A stretch of 64,000 nt of DNA, taken from the sequence record PZ154896.1; one strand, given 5' to 3'. This document shows, in pieces, positions 23,313 to 32,992 of this stretch. The notes below the pieces were generated by a model. The model was not told the DNA's origin. It did no database searches and saw only the letters and a program-made list of their open reading frames with translations. Positions within the stretch are counted from its first letter, which is position 1. Every line of letters starts with the position of its first letter. This DNA is from a phage. The translations under genes and the position numbers were made by a program.

Positions 23313-24422
23313 ATGATTAGTGTAAAAGAAATAGTAGTAGATGCAAAGGATTTAAATAAAGCAATCCCAGTCTCAGAAAGTGCTGGGCAAAGCACTAAAA
23401 CCGAAACAACTACTAAAACTTATGTTGCTCAATTTCCTACAGGAAGAGCAGCCGGAAACGACTCCACAGGAGACTTCCAGGTAACAGACCTTTATAAGAA
23501 TGGATTATTATTTACCGCGTACAATATGTCTGCACGCGATTCAGGATCCCTCAGGAATTTACGTCCGGCGTATGCCGGCACTTCATCTAACGGTATCATA
23601 TCGGATTTAACTGATAATGTGAAAGATGCAGTGACTAAATTCTCTAATGGGTTGCTTCCTGCCGGAGCTAATAAACCTACTATAAATAAAACTCCTGTTG
23701 CTAATATACTTTTGCCACGTTCCAAATCCGACGTTGATACAACTTCACATCGTTTTAATGATGTCGGTGATAGCCTTATTACTAAAGGTGGAGGTACTGC
23801 TACGGGTGTTTTAAGTAACATTGCTTCTACTGCAGTTTTTGGTGCATTAGATTCTATTACTCAAGGGCTTATGGCTGATAATAACGAACAGATTTATACG
23901 ACTTCTCGTAGTATGTATGGCGGTGCTGAGAACCGTACTAAAGTCTTTACATGGGATTTAACTCCACGTTCAACTGAAGACCTTATGGCTATTATAAACA
24001 TTTACCAATATTTTAACTATTTCTCATATGGTGAGACCGGTAAATCACAATACGCCCAAGAGATTAAAAGTTATTTAGACGAATGGTACCGTTCAACGTT
24101 TATTGAGCCTATGACGCCTGATGATGCAGTAAAAAATAAGACATTGTTTGAAAAGATTACTGCGTCATTAACAAATGTATTAGTTGTAAGCAACCCTACA
24201 ATTTGGATGGTTAAAAACTTTGGTTATACATCTAAATTTGATGGATTAACTGACGTATTTGGCCCATGTCAAATTCAAAGCGTACGTTTTGATAAAACTC
24301 CAAATGGACAATTTAATGGTCTTGCTGTTGCTCCTAACTTACCATCAACATTTACGTTAGAGATAACAATGCGAGAAATTATTACATTAAACCGTTCTTC
24401 ACTTTATGCGGGGACTTTCTAA
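23313..24422 (+). CDS. 48: baseplate tail tube cap
   Basis: 369 aa; synteny. Confidence 0.88.
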   Translation: MISVKEIVVDAKDLNKAIPVSESAGQSTKTETTTKTYVAQFPTGRAAGNDSTGDFQVTDLYKNGLLFTAYNMSARDSGSLRNLRPAYAGTSSNGIISDLTDNVKDAVTKFSNGLLPAGANKPTINKTPVANILLPRSKSDVDTTSHRFNDVGDSLITKGGGTATGVLSNIASTAVFGALDSITQGLMADNNEQIYTTSRSMYGGAENRTKVFTWDLTPRSTEDLMAIINIYQYFNYFSYGETGKSQYAQEIKSYLDEWYRSTFIEPMTPDDAVKNKTLFEKITASLTNVLVVSNPTIWMVKNFGYTSKFDGLTDVFGPCQIQSVRFDKTPNGQFNGLAVAPNLPSTFTLEITMREIITLNRSSLYAGTF

Positions 24423-25384
24423 TGTACTCTTTAGAAGAATTTAATAACCAAGCTATAAATGCAGATTTCCAACGAAACAATATGTTTAGTTGTGTATTTG
24501 CTACTACACCATCGACTAAATCATCTTCACTAATTTCGTCAATTGGTAGTTTTGCTTATAATAACTTAGGGTTGGATTCAGATTGGCTAGGATTGTCTCA
24601 AGGTGATATCAATCAGGGCGTAACAACCCTGATTACAGCAGGAACACAGAAATTAATTCGAAAATCAGGTATAAGTAAATATCTGATTGGAGCAATGAGT
24701 CAACGTACGGTACAAAGCTTGTTAGGTGAGTTCACAGTAGGAGCTTATCTGATAGACTTCTTCAATATGGCATATAATAATACAGGTTTAATGATTTATT
24801 CTGTAAAAATGCCTGAGAACCGATTATCGTATGAAACGGATTTCAACTATAACTCCCCGAACATCCGAATTACCGGCCGTGAAATGGACCCGTTAGTAAT
24901 AAGCTTTAGAATGGATTCCGAAGCATCTAACTTTAGAGCAATGCAAGACTGGGTAAACTCAGTCCAAGACCCTGTAACAGGTCTTCGCGCTTTACCACAA
25001 GACGTCGAAGCAGATATTCAGGTTAATTTACATGCACGAAATGGTTTACCACATACCGCTGTCATGTTCACTGGATGTATTCCTGTTAGTGTCTCTTCTC
25101 CTGAGTTAACGTATGACGGTGATAATCAGATAACAGTTTTTGATGTAACATTTGCTTATCGCGTTATGCAATCAGGTGCTGTAAATAGACAGGCTGCTTT
25201 AGAATGGCTGGAATCAGGACTTATTAGTAGCGTTTCAGGAATGTTTGGAAATAATCAGAATGATTCTGGTCTAGGAAGTGCAGTATCAAGACTTTCTAGA
25301 TTAGGTGGGACTGCTGGAGGTGTGTCTAATATAAACACATTGACAGGTGTGGTGAATTCTGCGTCAAGAGTTTTAGGACTATAA
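24422..25384 (+). CDS. 54: baseplate tail tube initiator
   Basis: 320 aa as in T4 gp54. Confidence 0.88.
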   Translation: MYSLEEFNNQAINADFQRNNMFSCVFATTPSTKSSSLISSIGSFAYNNLGLDSDWLGLSQGDINQGVTTLITAGTQKLIRKSGISKYLIGAMSQRTVQSLLGEFTVGAYLIDFFNMAYNNTGLMIYSVKMPENRLSYETDFNYNSPNIRITGREMDPLVISFRMDSEASNFRAMQDWVNSVQDPVTGLRALPQDVEADIQVNLHARNGLPHTAVMFTGCIPVSVSSPELTYDGDNQITVFDVTFAYRVMQSGAVNRQAALEWLESGLISSVSGMFGNNQNDSGLGSAVSRLSRLGGTAGGVSNINTLTGVVNSASRVLGL

Positions 25385-25391
25385 AGAAAAA

Positions 25392-25408
25392 GGGAGACAA
25401 CGTCTCCC
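25392..25408. terminator. hairpin between convergent gene 54 and alt-upstream gene
   Basis: GGGAGAC...GTCTCCC followed by TTT. Confidence 0.5.
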
Positions 25409-25417
25409 TTTAGGGGT

Positions 25418-25711
25418 TTATTTACGGAATGAAAGGAATGCTGGTGCTCGGAATGGAGTATCATCTTTAGAGTATTTAACTAATACGACCATTGGTACCT
25501 CTGTTTCTAAATGACCCGTCACTACACCGACAAAAATTTGATCAGTGTGTTCAGGGTCACGAAAGTTTTTAAGAGGTTCCATAGCAATATGGAATGCACC
25601 TGGGAATACTCGATTCAATTCGTCAATCACAGCTTCGTTAAAAGCATCATCCGCTGGGATAACATCTTCAACTACTAGTTCTTGACCATTAAAGCGAAGC
25701 ATAGATTTCAT
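25418..25711 (-). CDS. hypothetical protein (alt-upstream small gene)
   Basis: 97 aa from internal ATG with SD GAGGAAA; early promoter upstream. Confidence 0.55.
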   Translation of the reverse strand: MKSMLRFNGQELVVEDVIPADDAFNEAVIDELNRVFPGAFHIAMEPLKNFRDPEHTDQIFVGVVTGHLETEVPMVVLVKYSKDDTPFRAPAFLSFRK

Positions 25712-25740
25712 AACGTTTTCCTCATGTTGTTGATGGGATG

Positions 25741-25770
25741 ATAATATCACACATCCATGTGTTTGTAAAC
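25741..25770 (-). promoter_or_regulatory. early promoter (GTTTAC-N18-TATTAT)
   Basis: consensus elements on - strand overlapping alt 3' end. Confidence 0.5.
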
Positions 25771-27857
25771 TATCCTTGGACAAATTTAAACGGAACTGAT
25801 TCTAAATCCATTAAAGATGCTAACAATTTCAATCCTTTAGGAGCACTAGTTTTTTCTACAAATGAAGAGAACGATACCGGCTCATCCGATTCGATTTCAC
25901 CCGTCATAGCAACCACCTCGCCTGTTTCCATGAGAACATCACCATCGTAAATGACAGCTTCGTCCAACTGGTCTGAGGACATGACTTCAGCTTGAATAAA
26001 TTTAAGGTTGGATTCTAAACCTGCACCAGTGTCAGATGACGCATCCGTAATTTTATTTATCTGCAAGAGAATGCCTCTAGGCAAAATAATTTCTTGCTCA
26101 TTAGGGTGATTACTCAACTGTCCAGGATAAATCACGTTAACTTTATGGGCGCCATCAATAGCCCATCCAACGTTAACACGGATTTGGTCTGGTGCATGCA
26201 TAGCTGTTCTTACTTGACTAGGAGAAATAGTAACACCTTCGTCATTATTATCAATGTTAAGCTCTTTGCGAACTTCTTCAGGAGCAAGTCCAAGGGCAAC
26301 GTTCTCTTTAAACCCACCGAAAATAATAGGAGCTAGTGAAGTGGAAACATAGTTTCTGAAGTAGAATACCTTATTTTTAACCATTGCTTCGTAAATAGGC
26401 ATTCTGATAGACTGGGCTCTATATAACGTTAGTCCTTCAGGTAAACGGTCTCCATTTAAAAACGCTGAATCAAGACCATCAATAGCGCGTTTAACTTCAT
26501 CTTCATCTGCAACATCGTAAAAATCTGGTTTATAACGACCTAACAACATATTATTGATATCCGTATACGCAGAAGAGGCATATTCACGAATAGCTCGTTT
26601 TTCAGCAACAGAGTATTGATTAGGGACCCGATTCATTGTTATATTAAAGGTGCCTCTAGCCGATTCTCGTGCATAAGTATACATCACATTAGACAAGAAC
26701 GCTGATTTACGTTGTTTCCAAGTTCTTTCAGATACTTCAGCTAAAACGTCGTCGGGCAGTTGGAAATTATCACGTCTAAAATCTTCAAACCATTCGTCTT
26801 TAATAGAGTCTGCAATTTCATTTGCAGCTTCAACAAAAGCAGCTAATGCTTTAACAGATGTTGTTTTTTCAGTTTTAATTTTCTTAGCAAACTTTTCTAA
26901 AGTTGGCTTAATAACACTACCATAAGAAACTTCATCAGCAAATTTAAAGGATTCACCAATACGATTATAAATCTTATTTTCGATATCAGCAACTAAAGTG
27001 CCTTTTGCTGTGGACGATGCTTGGGCTAGTACGATTTCATATGCTTCAGGAAGTAATTCGGCTGTAGCTGGGCCACTAACTTCTTTAGCAGAATTTTCAT
27101 ATTTCTGGAATAACTCACCTTCTTGGCGGTCAGCTTCTAAAGATTGACTTGCTGCAATAGCACGACGAGAAATTTTAGTACGAGCAATAACAGGCTTATC
27201 TTTACGTTTTTCTTCTACAGCAGCAATAGAACCAGCGATAGCCGTTTCTTTGGTGACCATTTCACCAGTCTTTTTACTCACATAAACTTCGCCAACATCA
27301 GAATCTACTTTCGTATACAACTCTGTGTTAATGTTAGGGATGCCTTTAATATCTTCAATGTTGGCATTTTTACGAACCATCATCACATAGGTGTGTTTAC
27401 CTGTGAATTGATACATTGCCGACAATACTTTAAAACGACCACCGGTTTTAGTAGAAACTAAACGAGCAAGAAGAGTTTGAAGTTGTTGTCCACGTCCTTT
27501 CAATTTCTTGGTAGGGAATCGGAACAGAACTGCATCCATACGAAGAGCTTTAACCTGTTCATATACTGTATTGAAAATGGTGTTGATTGCATCAATAGGA
27601 GCAGGACCAAGGCCGTTTTTCAATTCAGCGAGATTACCCTTTTCAGACAGACTCATAATAACAACATGAGCGTATTTGTCGCCAAGTTTAACTTGTTTTA
27701 CAGCATCGCCTTCAGAAAGGTAAGAGAATAAGCGAACTACGATGTTTGTATCAACATCACCAATTTTCCAGACTTGTGGAACTTTAGCTTTAGGGTTCAA
27801 ATTGACGACAGGAAGACTGCCTTCAGATTCAAACACTTCATTTAATTGTTCAGACAT
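25770..27857 (-). CDS. alt: Alt ADP-ribosyltransferase (virion-packaged)
   Basis: 695 aa; synteny; ART-like motifs (R..S..E pattern: YRAQSI, YVSTSLA). Confidence 0.9.
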   Translation of the reverse strand: MSEQLNEVFESEGSLPVVNLNPKAKVPQVWKIGDVDTNIVVRLFSYLSEGDAVKQVKLGDKYAHVVIMSLSEKGNLAELKNGLGPAPIDAINTIFNTVYEQVKALRMDAVLFRFPTKKLKGRGQQLQTLLARLVSTKTGGRFKVLSAMYQFTGKHTYVMMVRKNANIEDIKGIPNINTELYTKVDSDVGEVYVSKKTGEMVTKETAIAGSIAAVEEKRKDKPVIARTKISRRAIAASQSLEADRQEGELFQKYENSAKEVSGPATAELLPEAYEIVLAQASSTAKGTLVADIENKIYNRIGESFKFADEVSYGSVIKPTLEKFAKKIKTEKTTSVKALAAFVEAANEIADSIKDEWFEDFRRDNFQLPDDVLAEVSERTWKQRKSAFLSNVMYTYARESARGTFNITMNRVPNQYSVAEKRAIREYASSAYTDINNMLLGRYKPDFYDVADEDEVKRAIDGLDSAFLNGDRLPEGLTLYRAQSIRMPIYEAMVKNKVFYFRNYVSTSLAPIIFGGFKENVALGLAPEEVRKELNIDNNDEGVTISPSQVRTAMHAPDQIRVNVGWAIDGAHKVNVIYPGQLSNHPNEQEIILPRGILLQINKITDASSDTGAGLESNLKFIQAEVMSSDQLDEAVIYDGDVLMETGEVVAMTGEIESDEPVSFSSFVEKTSAPKGLKLLASLMDLESVPFKFVQG

Positions 27858-27896
27858 AGTGTTTTCCTTTTAGTAATAATTTATATTTATGCCAAA

Positions 27897-27914
27897 AAGA
27901 GCCCGAAGGCTCTT
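27897..27914 (-). terminator. tetraloop terminator upstream of alt
   Basis: AAGAGCC-CGAA-GGCTCTT; U-run on - strand. Confidence 0.55.
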
Positions 27915-28122
27915 AATCCACAATTGGGAGCAAAGTACGATAAACTTCAAAATTAGGGCCTTTTTCGTACTTATCAAAACTGTCCATAAAAATACGATAG
28001 GAATCGTTATTAGGAAAATCTAATATAACCTGAGAGCAACAGGTGGAAACATCTCCACCATCCTTCTTAGCTACAATAACTGTTTCTAAATAAGCTTTCA
28101 TTATAAACCTGTCTGGGACCAC
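27913..28122 (-). CDS. hypothetical protein (position of T4 alt.1)
   Basis: 69 aa; hairpin terminator immediately downstream. Confidence 0.5.
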   Translation of the reverse strand: MVPDRFIMKAYLETVIVAKKDGGDVSTCCSQVILDFPNNDSYRIFMDSFDKYEKGPNFEVYRTLLPIVD

Positions 28123-29594
28123 GGTCCAAATACGTCTTCAAATGAATCCGCTTCTGTTTTATCAAAACGGAACCCTTTAATAATTGGAAGGAAAATACCT
28201 ACAGTACCTTCACGGCCTTTAGAATGAACCCAACCATTACATTCACAATCAGCGATACGTCCAATTAATTTACCTTCACGAGCTTCGGTCATTAATCGTT
28301 CACGGTCTAAATCATGACGCTCGTCTAAAGGAATAAGAACCTTTACACCATCAACTGTTTTATGAGTTGTATCTTTAAAACCTGAACCACAATCAGTTGT
28401 AATACGACGACAACGTGATACGAGTTCGACACCACCCAATTTGTTAGGGTCTTTAGAGTGTTCATAGTATCCTACAACTTCTAAAGCGATATCAATAACT
28501 TCTTTAAATTTAATTAGGTTCTTAGAGCGTTTGTTTTCCCAATATGAATCACGGTTTTTAAGGATAATACCTTCAAGACCTTGGTCAACATATTTTTTAT
28601 AAACCACTTTAGCTTCGTCAAGATTACGAACTAACTGATTTTCGATAGGTTCAATTCGTTTAAAGCCTTCAGCCATATTTTCAAGAGCAGCAAAACGAAC
28701 ATCGTATTTCTGACCTTTAATTTTGCCATCAGAATAGACTTCATCTAAAGGAACATAGTCCCAGGCTTGAAGAACCATACCTTCCGCTTCTTTAGGAGAA
28801 ATAGTCCCTTGAAGAGATTTATTTGCTAAACCATTTGAAGTGCTACGGTCTGCAACTTGTACTTCTTCGGATTCTTCATTATCACCAAATAAGAACGACA
28901 GGTCATTTCCTGAGCTCACAGCCTTTTTAATATCAAATGAATGATAAACTAATTCACCGTCGATTAAAACCCCATTAGGGTGTCTTTCACGAGCTTCTTT
29001 AGTCATTTCCATTAGTTCATCCGCTAATAGAGTAAGACCATGGTATTCGTTACCAGCACGAGAAAAGAATTGAACACCATCATCGCGAACTTCAGCGAAA
29101 CAACGAGCACCGTCTGCTTTTAATTGGGCAAATGCAGGCCATTTAATATTTTTAGTAATCAATTTCTCGTCATATGCAGATGCTAACATCTGTGGTTGCA
29201 ATTGAATAAGTCCAGGCCACACCTTATTCGCGATAGACACTGAAGCACCTACTTCAAGGTCGCGCATCATTACACGACGAAGGACTTCTACATCATCAGG
29301 TTTACCATCAGCGATATAACCCATGAGCTCTTTAATTGCAGCATTACCAGTGAGTTTACGAGTGGCTAATGTGAACTCAATAAAATCCAACATGTCATCT
29401 AATTCAAGAAGTCCATACGCTTGAGACCTTTCACCAGGTCCTGGCCATTTCTTAATATAATACTGGATACCACGTGCATATGTTAAACGGTACACACGTT
29501 CAAGTAATTTGTTGTCCTTATTTTTCTTAAGGATTTCTTGTTTTGTTTTAGTAGAACCGATCGCAGCTATTTGGTTTAAAATATCTAAAATCAT
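28101..29594 (-). CDS. 30: ATP-dependent DNA ligase
   Basis: 497 aa; N-terminus and adenylation motif KADGAR match T4 DNA ligase. Confidence 0.95.
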   Translation of the reverse strand: MILDILNQIAAIGSTKTKQEILKKNKDNKLLERVYRLTYARGIQYYIKKWPGPGERSQAYGLLELDDMLDFIEFTLATRKLTGNAAIKELMGYIADGKPDDVEVLRRVMMRDLEVGASVSIANKVWPGLIQLQPQMLASAYDEKLITKNIKWPAFAQLKADGARCFAEVRDDGVQFFSRAGNEYHGLTLLADELMEMTKEARERHPNGVLIDGELVYHSFDIKKAVSSGNDLSFLFGDNEESEEVQVADRSTSNGLANKSLQGTISPKEAEGMVLQAWDYVPLDEVYSDGKIKGQKYDVRFAALENMAEGFKRIEPIENQLVRNLDEAKVVYKKYVDQGLEGIILKNRDSYWENKRSKNLIKFKEVIDIALEVVGYYEHSKDPNKLGGVELVSRCRRITTDCGSGFKDTTHKTVDGVKVLIPLDERHDLDRERLMTEAREGKLIGRIADCECNGWVHSKGREGTVGIFLPIIKGFRFDKTEADSFEDVFGPWSQTGL

Positions 29595-29860
29595 TTGATG
29601 TCCTCGATTTTGGTTACGGTTCTATTATAAGCCACTTCATCTAGAAGCGATTTCAGCGTTTTCTGATAAGTGGTAATCCATTTACCGAGTCCTTCAACAT
29701 AGTATTCTGAAATGTAGATGAACCCTTGTTCAACACACTCTTTAAATATTTCTGCGTCTTTTACTGAACGAAACAACGGCCAGTCTCGAAAGAACATGTT
29801 AACATGACCGTAGTCACGTGTGGTGTTTTTGCCATCTGTAATATCATGAACTACAAACAT
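29591..29860 (-). CDS. hypothetical protein (30.1 position)
   Basis: 89 aa ORF; synteny. Confidence 0.55.
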   Translation of the reverse strand: MFVVHDITDGKNTTRDYGHVNMFFRDWPLFRSVKDAEIFKECVEQGFIYISEYYVEGLGKWITTYQKTLKSLLDEVAYNRTVTKIEDIK

Positions 29861-29869
29861 AATTAACCC

Positions 29870-30685
29870 TTAACAATTTGTAGACCAAGTCCATTTGGAC
29901 GAATCTAAAGGAAAGTTTTGAATCGTCCACCATGGCCGCATATCGGTTGGTCCTTGGGTTCGCCAGGTATACGGATTCGACGGAGCGCCAATTTGATTAG
30001 GCCATGCACCTGGACTTGTTGTACCAGATTCTTTAAGCAAATCCGCCAATCGTTTTAAAAGGTCTTCACGATCTGAATCTGAATTATGCTCGGGTGGAAC
30101 CAAACGAGATTCAATATCATCCCACGTGTGTACACGTTGTGCAGTACGAGGAATGGCATCACGTTCACCACGAGCCAACCAATAAATCGGTACATTAAGA
30201 ATTTCTGCTGCATGGTCGCAATGATGAGCTAAATCGTCAACGTAACAAATCACGTTATATTTTGTTTTAGCTAGTTCGAATAATTGTTCCTTTGAAGAAT
30301 CATGACCACACATCATTACTTCAGAGAAAGCGCCTGGGAACAAAGCATTCAAATTAAATTGTCTATTCAATCGAGCATCAATTGAATCACCTAGCGCCGT
30401 CACGGCTACAAAATTATAGTCTTCTTTTAGTTTATTGATAACTCGAAGAGCATCCGAATAAGGCGCTAAGTAACGAATAAAATCAGAGCTATTATATTTT
30501 TCTATTAATTGTTTACCAAGGTTATCGTCGGTATTGAACAGTTTACCAGGAGAAATAAATTTTTCGTCCTGAATCATTTTTAAAATATGTTCTAATGGAA
30601 GATTATATTTTTGGGCAAAATAAGGAAGTCCAGATTGCCAGCTTAAACATACACCATCAATATCAGTCAAAATAGTAGGTTTCAT
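29870..30685 (-). CDS. HAD-like hydrolase-fold protein (30.2 position)
   Basis: 271 aa; N-terminal DxDGV motif typical of HAD phosphatases; Trp-rich C-terminus. Confidence 0.6.
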   Translation of the reverse strand: MKPTILTDIDGVCLSWQSGLPYFAQKYNLPLEHILKMIQDEKFISPGKLFNTDDNLGKQLIEKYNSSDFIRYLAPYSDALRVINKLKEDYNFVAVTALGDSIDARLNRQFNLNALFPGAFSEVMMCGHDSSKEQLFELAKTKYNVICYVDDLAHHCDHAAEILNVPIYWLARGERDAIPRTAQRVHTWDDIESRLVPPEHNSDSDREDLLKRLADLLKESGTTSPGAWPNQIGAPSNPYTWRTQGPTDMRPWWTIQNFPLDSSKWTWSTNC

Positions 30686-31149
30686 AAAGAGTCTCTTAAT
30701 AGGTTTAACACATCAATAAATTCAGCTTCGGTTAGTATTGTATCATCTTTTGTTAGACCACTAGCCATGCTGTGCTTCAAAATTTTTCCTTTAGAGGCTT
30801 GTAAGGCATCACGAAACCCCTTGTTTTGGATCGCGGCTTCAAAATACGCATTTGTGTATAATTCTTTCCACGCTTCAGAGTATCTTGAAAATGGAACTCC
30901 TAACCAGAAGAGAGTCCCACGGTCCTGAGCTCTTGCATAAGACCTTCCAGCTTGCTGTGCAGCCAATCCAGACATCCCAAATATGCGTCTTTGCTGTTCA
31001 ACAATTTTCACCTTACATCCTTGGAGAAATCCTTCAAGTCCTCCGAATTGAATACCATCCATAACAAAAGGCCATTGAGCAAAGTTACTTAATGCGCATG
31101 ACGGCCATTTGAAATTGCTTCTTATTTCTAATTCAGACATCTTTAACAC
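30682..31149 (-). CDS. hypothetical protein (30.3 position)
   Basis: 155 aa ORF; synteny. Confidence 0.55.
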   Translation of the reverse strand: MLKMSELEIRSNFKWPSCALSNFAQWPFVMDGIQFGGLEGFLQGCKVKIVEQQRRIFGMSGLAAQQAGRSYARAQDRGTLFWLGVPFSRYSEAWKELYTNAYFEAAIQNKGFRDALQASKGKILKHSMASGLTKDDTILTEAEFIDVLNLLRDSL

Positions 31150-31345
31150 TTATAATTTCAACATCAGCCCAATGACCGTAACTAGGCAGACGGTCTTCAA
31201 TAGATAAACCACCGTCATTTTTAAGCATTTTAATTGTCTTGATAAACGGTTCATCCTGTGGATGAATAGGCGAGCAGTCAGTCACACGATAAGTAACTTC
31301 AACCATTTCCGTGCCTAACAATTTCTGGATTAGTTTATTCAACAT
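31133..31345 (-). CDS. hypothetical protein
   Basis: 70 aa ORF in same-strand operon. Confidence 0.5.
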   Translation of the reverse strand: MLNKLIQKLLGTEMVEVTYRVTDCSPIHPQDEPFIKTIKMLKNDGGLSIEDRLPSYGHWADVEIISVKDV

Positions 31346-31346
31346 A

Positions 31347-31541
31347 TTATCCTCGCTTTAAACATTTGATTACAGACAGTTCACCACCCATGCGAACGTC
31401 TTCAGTTCCATCGACCCATAGGACGGTGTAGGCTTCTTTAATTTGAGTATTACCTAATTTAAAAGCAGGTAGAACCTTTGAAATCATTCCAGGAATACCT
31501 ATGCCTTTTAACTGGACCGTTTGCGATAAAAATAGTTGCAT
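31347..31541 (-). CDS. hypothetical protein
   Basis: 64 aa ORF; tight packing. Confidence 0.5.
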   Translation of the reverse strand: MQLFLSQTVQLKGIGIPGMISKVLPAFKLGNTQIKEAYTVLWVDGTEDVRMGGELSVIKCLKRG

Positions 31542-31828
31542 TAGAACCTCATCTGGAAACCGTGTGATTTAACATTACCACCGTAGATGTCAGAGGTATT
31601 GACTTCACGGGCGACACTTGGGTCGATATTGATACCACGGTTGAGCTTAGTGATTGCCAGGGTATCACGTCCATTAACAGTACGGAATTCTACCGGGCAT
31701 ACAACATCAGCATAAGCCTTAATAGATTCACGAGTAGGTTGTTTGTCAGCAGGAACATCTTTACCCGCTTTAGAGAAAACAACTTCACAGAAATTTTTAC
31801 GAGTATCAAAATAAGTGGTCATAAACAT
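31541..31828 (-). CDS. hypothetical protein
   Basis: 95 aa from internal ATG preceded by SD GAGGA; the longer track ORF would begin inside a terminator hairpin. Confidence 0.5.
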   Translation of the reverse strand: MFMTTYFDTRKNFCEVVFSKAGKDVPADKQPTRESIKAYADVVCPVEFRTVNGRDTLAITKLNRGINIDPSVAREVNTSDIYGGNVKSHGFQMRF

Positions 31829-31843
31829 AATATTTTCCTCAAA

Positions 31844-31859
31844 GGAGGCCGAAGCCTCC
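31844..31859. terminator. tetraloop hairpin between early genes
   Basis: GGAGGC-CGAA-GCCTCC with T-run on + side. Confidence 0.4.
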
Positions 31860-31869
31860 ATTTTTAAGA

Positions 31870-32235
31870 TTAGATATCGAATTCGTTCAGAACTACATCA
31901 AAGATTGCTTCCAGGTGTTCAGGTTTAGCTCGATTGCTCAGGATGTGACGAATCCAAGTTTTGACCAGAAGCTTACGATTAACACCATTCCAGCAAGGAT
32001 GGGTACCTAAATCACGTTGACGGAAATCGTCATCTAATGCAATTTTGAAGTTGGAACCTTCCATCGTGATTGAAACCGTGATGCCATTTTCAAATCGCAT
32101 ATAAACGTAATTAGGAGTCATATACTGCTCAATTTCACATACTGAACCGTTATTATGCTTCCATAAGCAAATTGTATCGATAGAACCAGCAATACCGTTA
32201 GAAACATATTTACGTTCGAAGTTGATGTAGTTCAT
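31870..32235 (-). CDS. hypothetical early protein
   Basis: 121 aa; SD GGAGAATAAA-ATG; early promoter upstream. Confidence 0.55.
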   Translation of the reverse strand: MNYINFERKYVSNGIAGSIDTICLWKHNNGSVCEIEQYMTPNYVYMRFENGITVSITMEGSNFKIALDDDFRQRDLGTHPCWNGVNRKLLVKTWIRHILSNRAKPEHLEAIFDVVLNEFDI

Positions 32236-32276
32236 TTTATTCTCCAGATGTTTAAGTTGTTTGTTGGTACAGGTCT

Positions 32277-32305
32277 ATAATAACATAACCTGTACCAAAG
32301 TAAAC
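32277..32305 (-). promoter_or_regulatory. early promoter (GTTTAC-N17-TATTAT)
   Basis: consensus elements; -10 bracketed by inverted repeat TGGTACAGG/CCTGTACCA. Confidence 0.5.
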
Positions 32306-32309
32306 ATTT

Positions 32310-32681
32310 TTATTTGATTTTTGTCCACTTAGCTGAATCAATAACACCTTTTGCTTTAATCTTCTCGATTAATGACTCTGCACGATTTCTGGCATTTTCG
32401 TACCATACAACATCTTCAGAGTAACCAGTCTCTTCATCTTCGTAAGTTTTAGAACGAATACAACCATAAACTGTAGAATTCAGACGGTAAATTTCACCAG
32501 TGAAAAAGTTTTCAATTTCGATATGATAACAAAAATCGTCTGAAGGGCCATCAGGAGTTGTACAATAAACCACATCACCTTGAACTGAACGAACCATCCA
32601 CTGTAACTCGTTAACAACTTGAGATTTATATCCATCATGGTCACGGCATTTAATTGTAGCATTTAAATTGATAGTGTTCAT
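32310..32681 (-). CDS. hypothetical early protein
   Basis: 123 aa; same SD/start context as neighbour; early promoter upstream. Confidence 0.55.
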   Translation of the reverse strand: MNTINLNATIKCRDHDGYKSQVVNELQWMVRSVQGDVVYCTTPDGPSDDFCYHIEIENFFTGEIYRLNSTVYGCIRSKTYEDEETGYSEDVVWYENARNRAESLIEKIKAKGVIDSAKWTKIK

Positions 32682-32723
32682 TTTATTCTCCGGTTGTTTT
32701 TATTGATTAGGTGGTACAAGTCT

Positions 32724-32752
32724 ATAGTAACACATCCTACAGGAGAGTAAAC
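32724..32752 (-). promoter_or_regulatory. early promoter (GTTTAC-N17-TACTAT)
   Basis: consensus elements upstream of 32310..32681 gene. Confidence 0.5.
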
Positions 32753-32789
32753 ATCTTTTTTAAACTTTTTCTGCCCTAAACGCACAAAA

Positions 32790-32807
32790 GGGAGACCGAA
32801 GTCTCCC
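32790..32807 (-). terminator. tetraloop terminator after the 59-aa basic ORF
   Basis: GGGAGAC-CGAA-GTCTCCC; UUUUG on - strand. Confidence 0.6.
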
Positions 32808-32812
32808 TAAAA

Positions 32813-32992
32813 TTATGCAACAACCTTTCCAAAACGAGAAGCATCATCTCGAAGAACTGCACGTGCTCTGCGCATGATCTTCTCAACTGTTTGATTAATA
32901 CGAGAGTTCGACCCACGCTTGTATCCAGCGCGTTTAGAGGTACCATCAACTTTCTTTTCAACTGCTTTCTTTGCTTTAGCTTGTTTTGCCAT
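32813..32992 (-). CDS. small highly basic protein (below ORF-track cut-off)
   Basis: 59 aa hand-translated (MAKQAKAKKAVEKKVDGTSKRAGYKRGSNSRINQTVEKIMRRARAVLRDDASRFGKVVA); tetraloop terminator immediately downstream. Confidence 0.45.
   Translation of the reverse strand: MAKQAKAKKAVEKKVDGTSKRAGYKRGSNSRINQTVEKIMRRARAVLRDDASRFGKVVA

Noticed and set aside
30682-31149. Possible YbiA/NADAR-type ADP-ribose-processing assignment for the 155-aa ORF
   Set aside because: By eye the sequence does not show the family motifs convincingly; left as hypothetical pending HMM search
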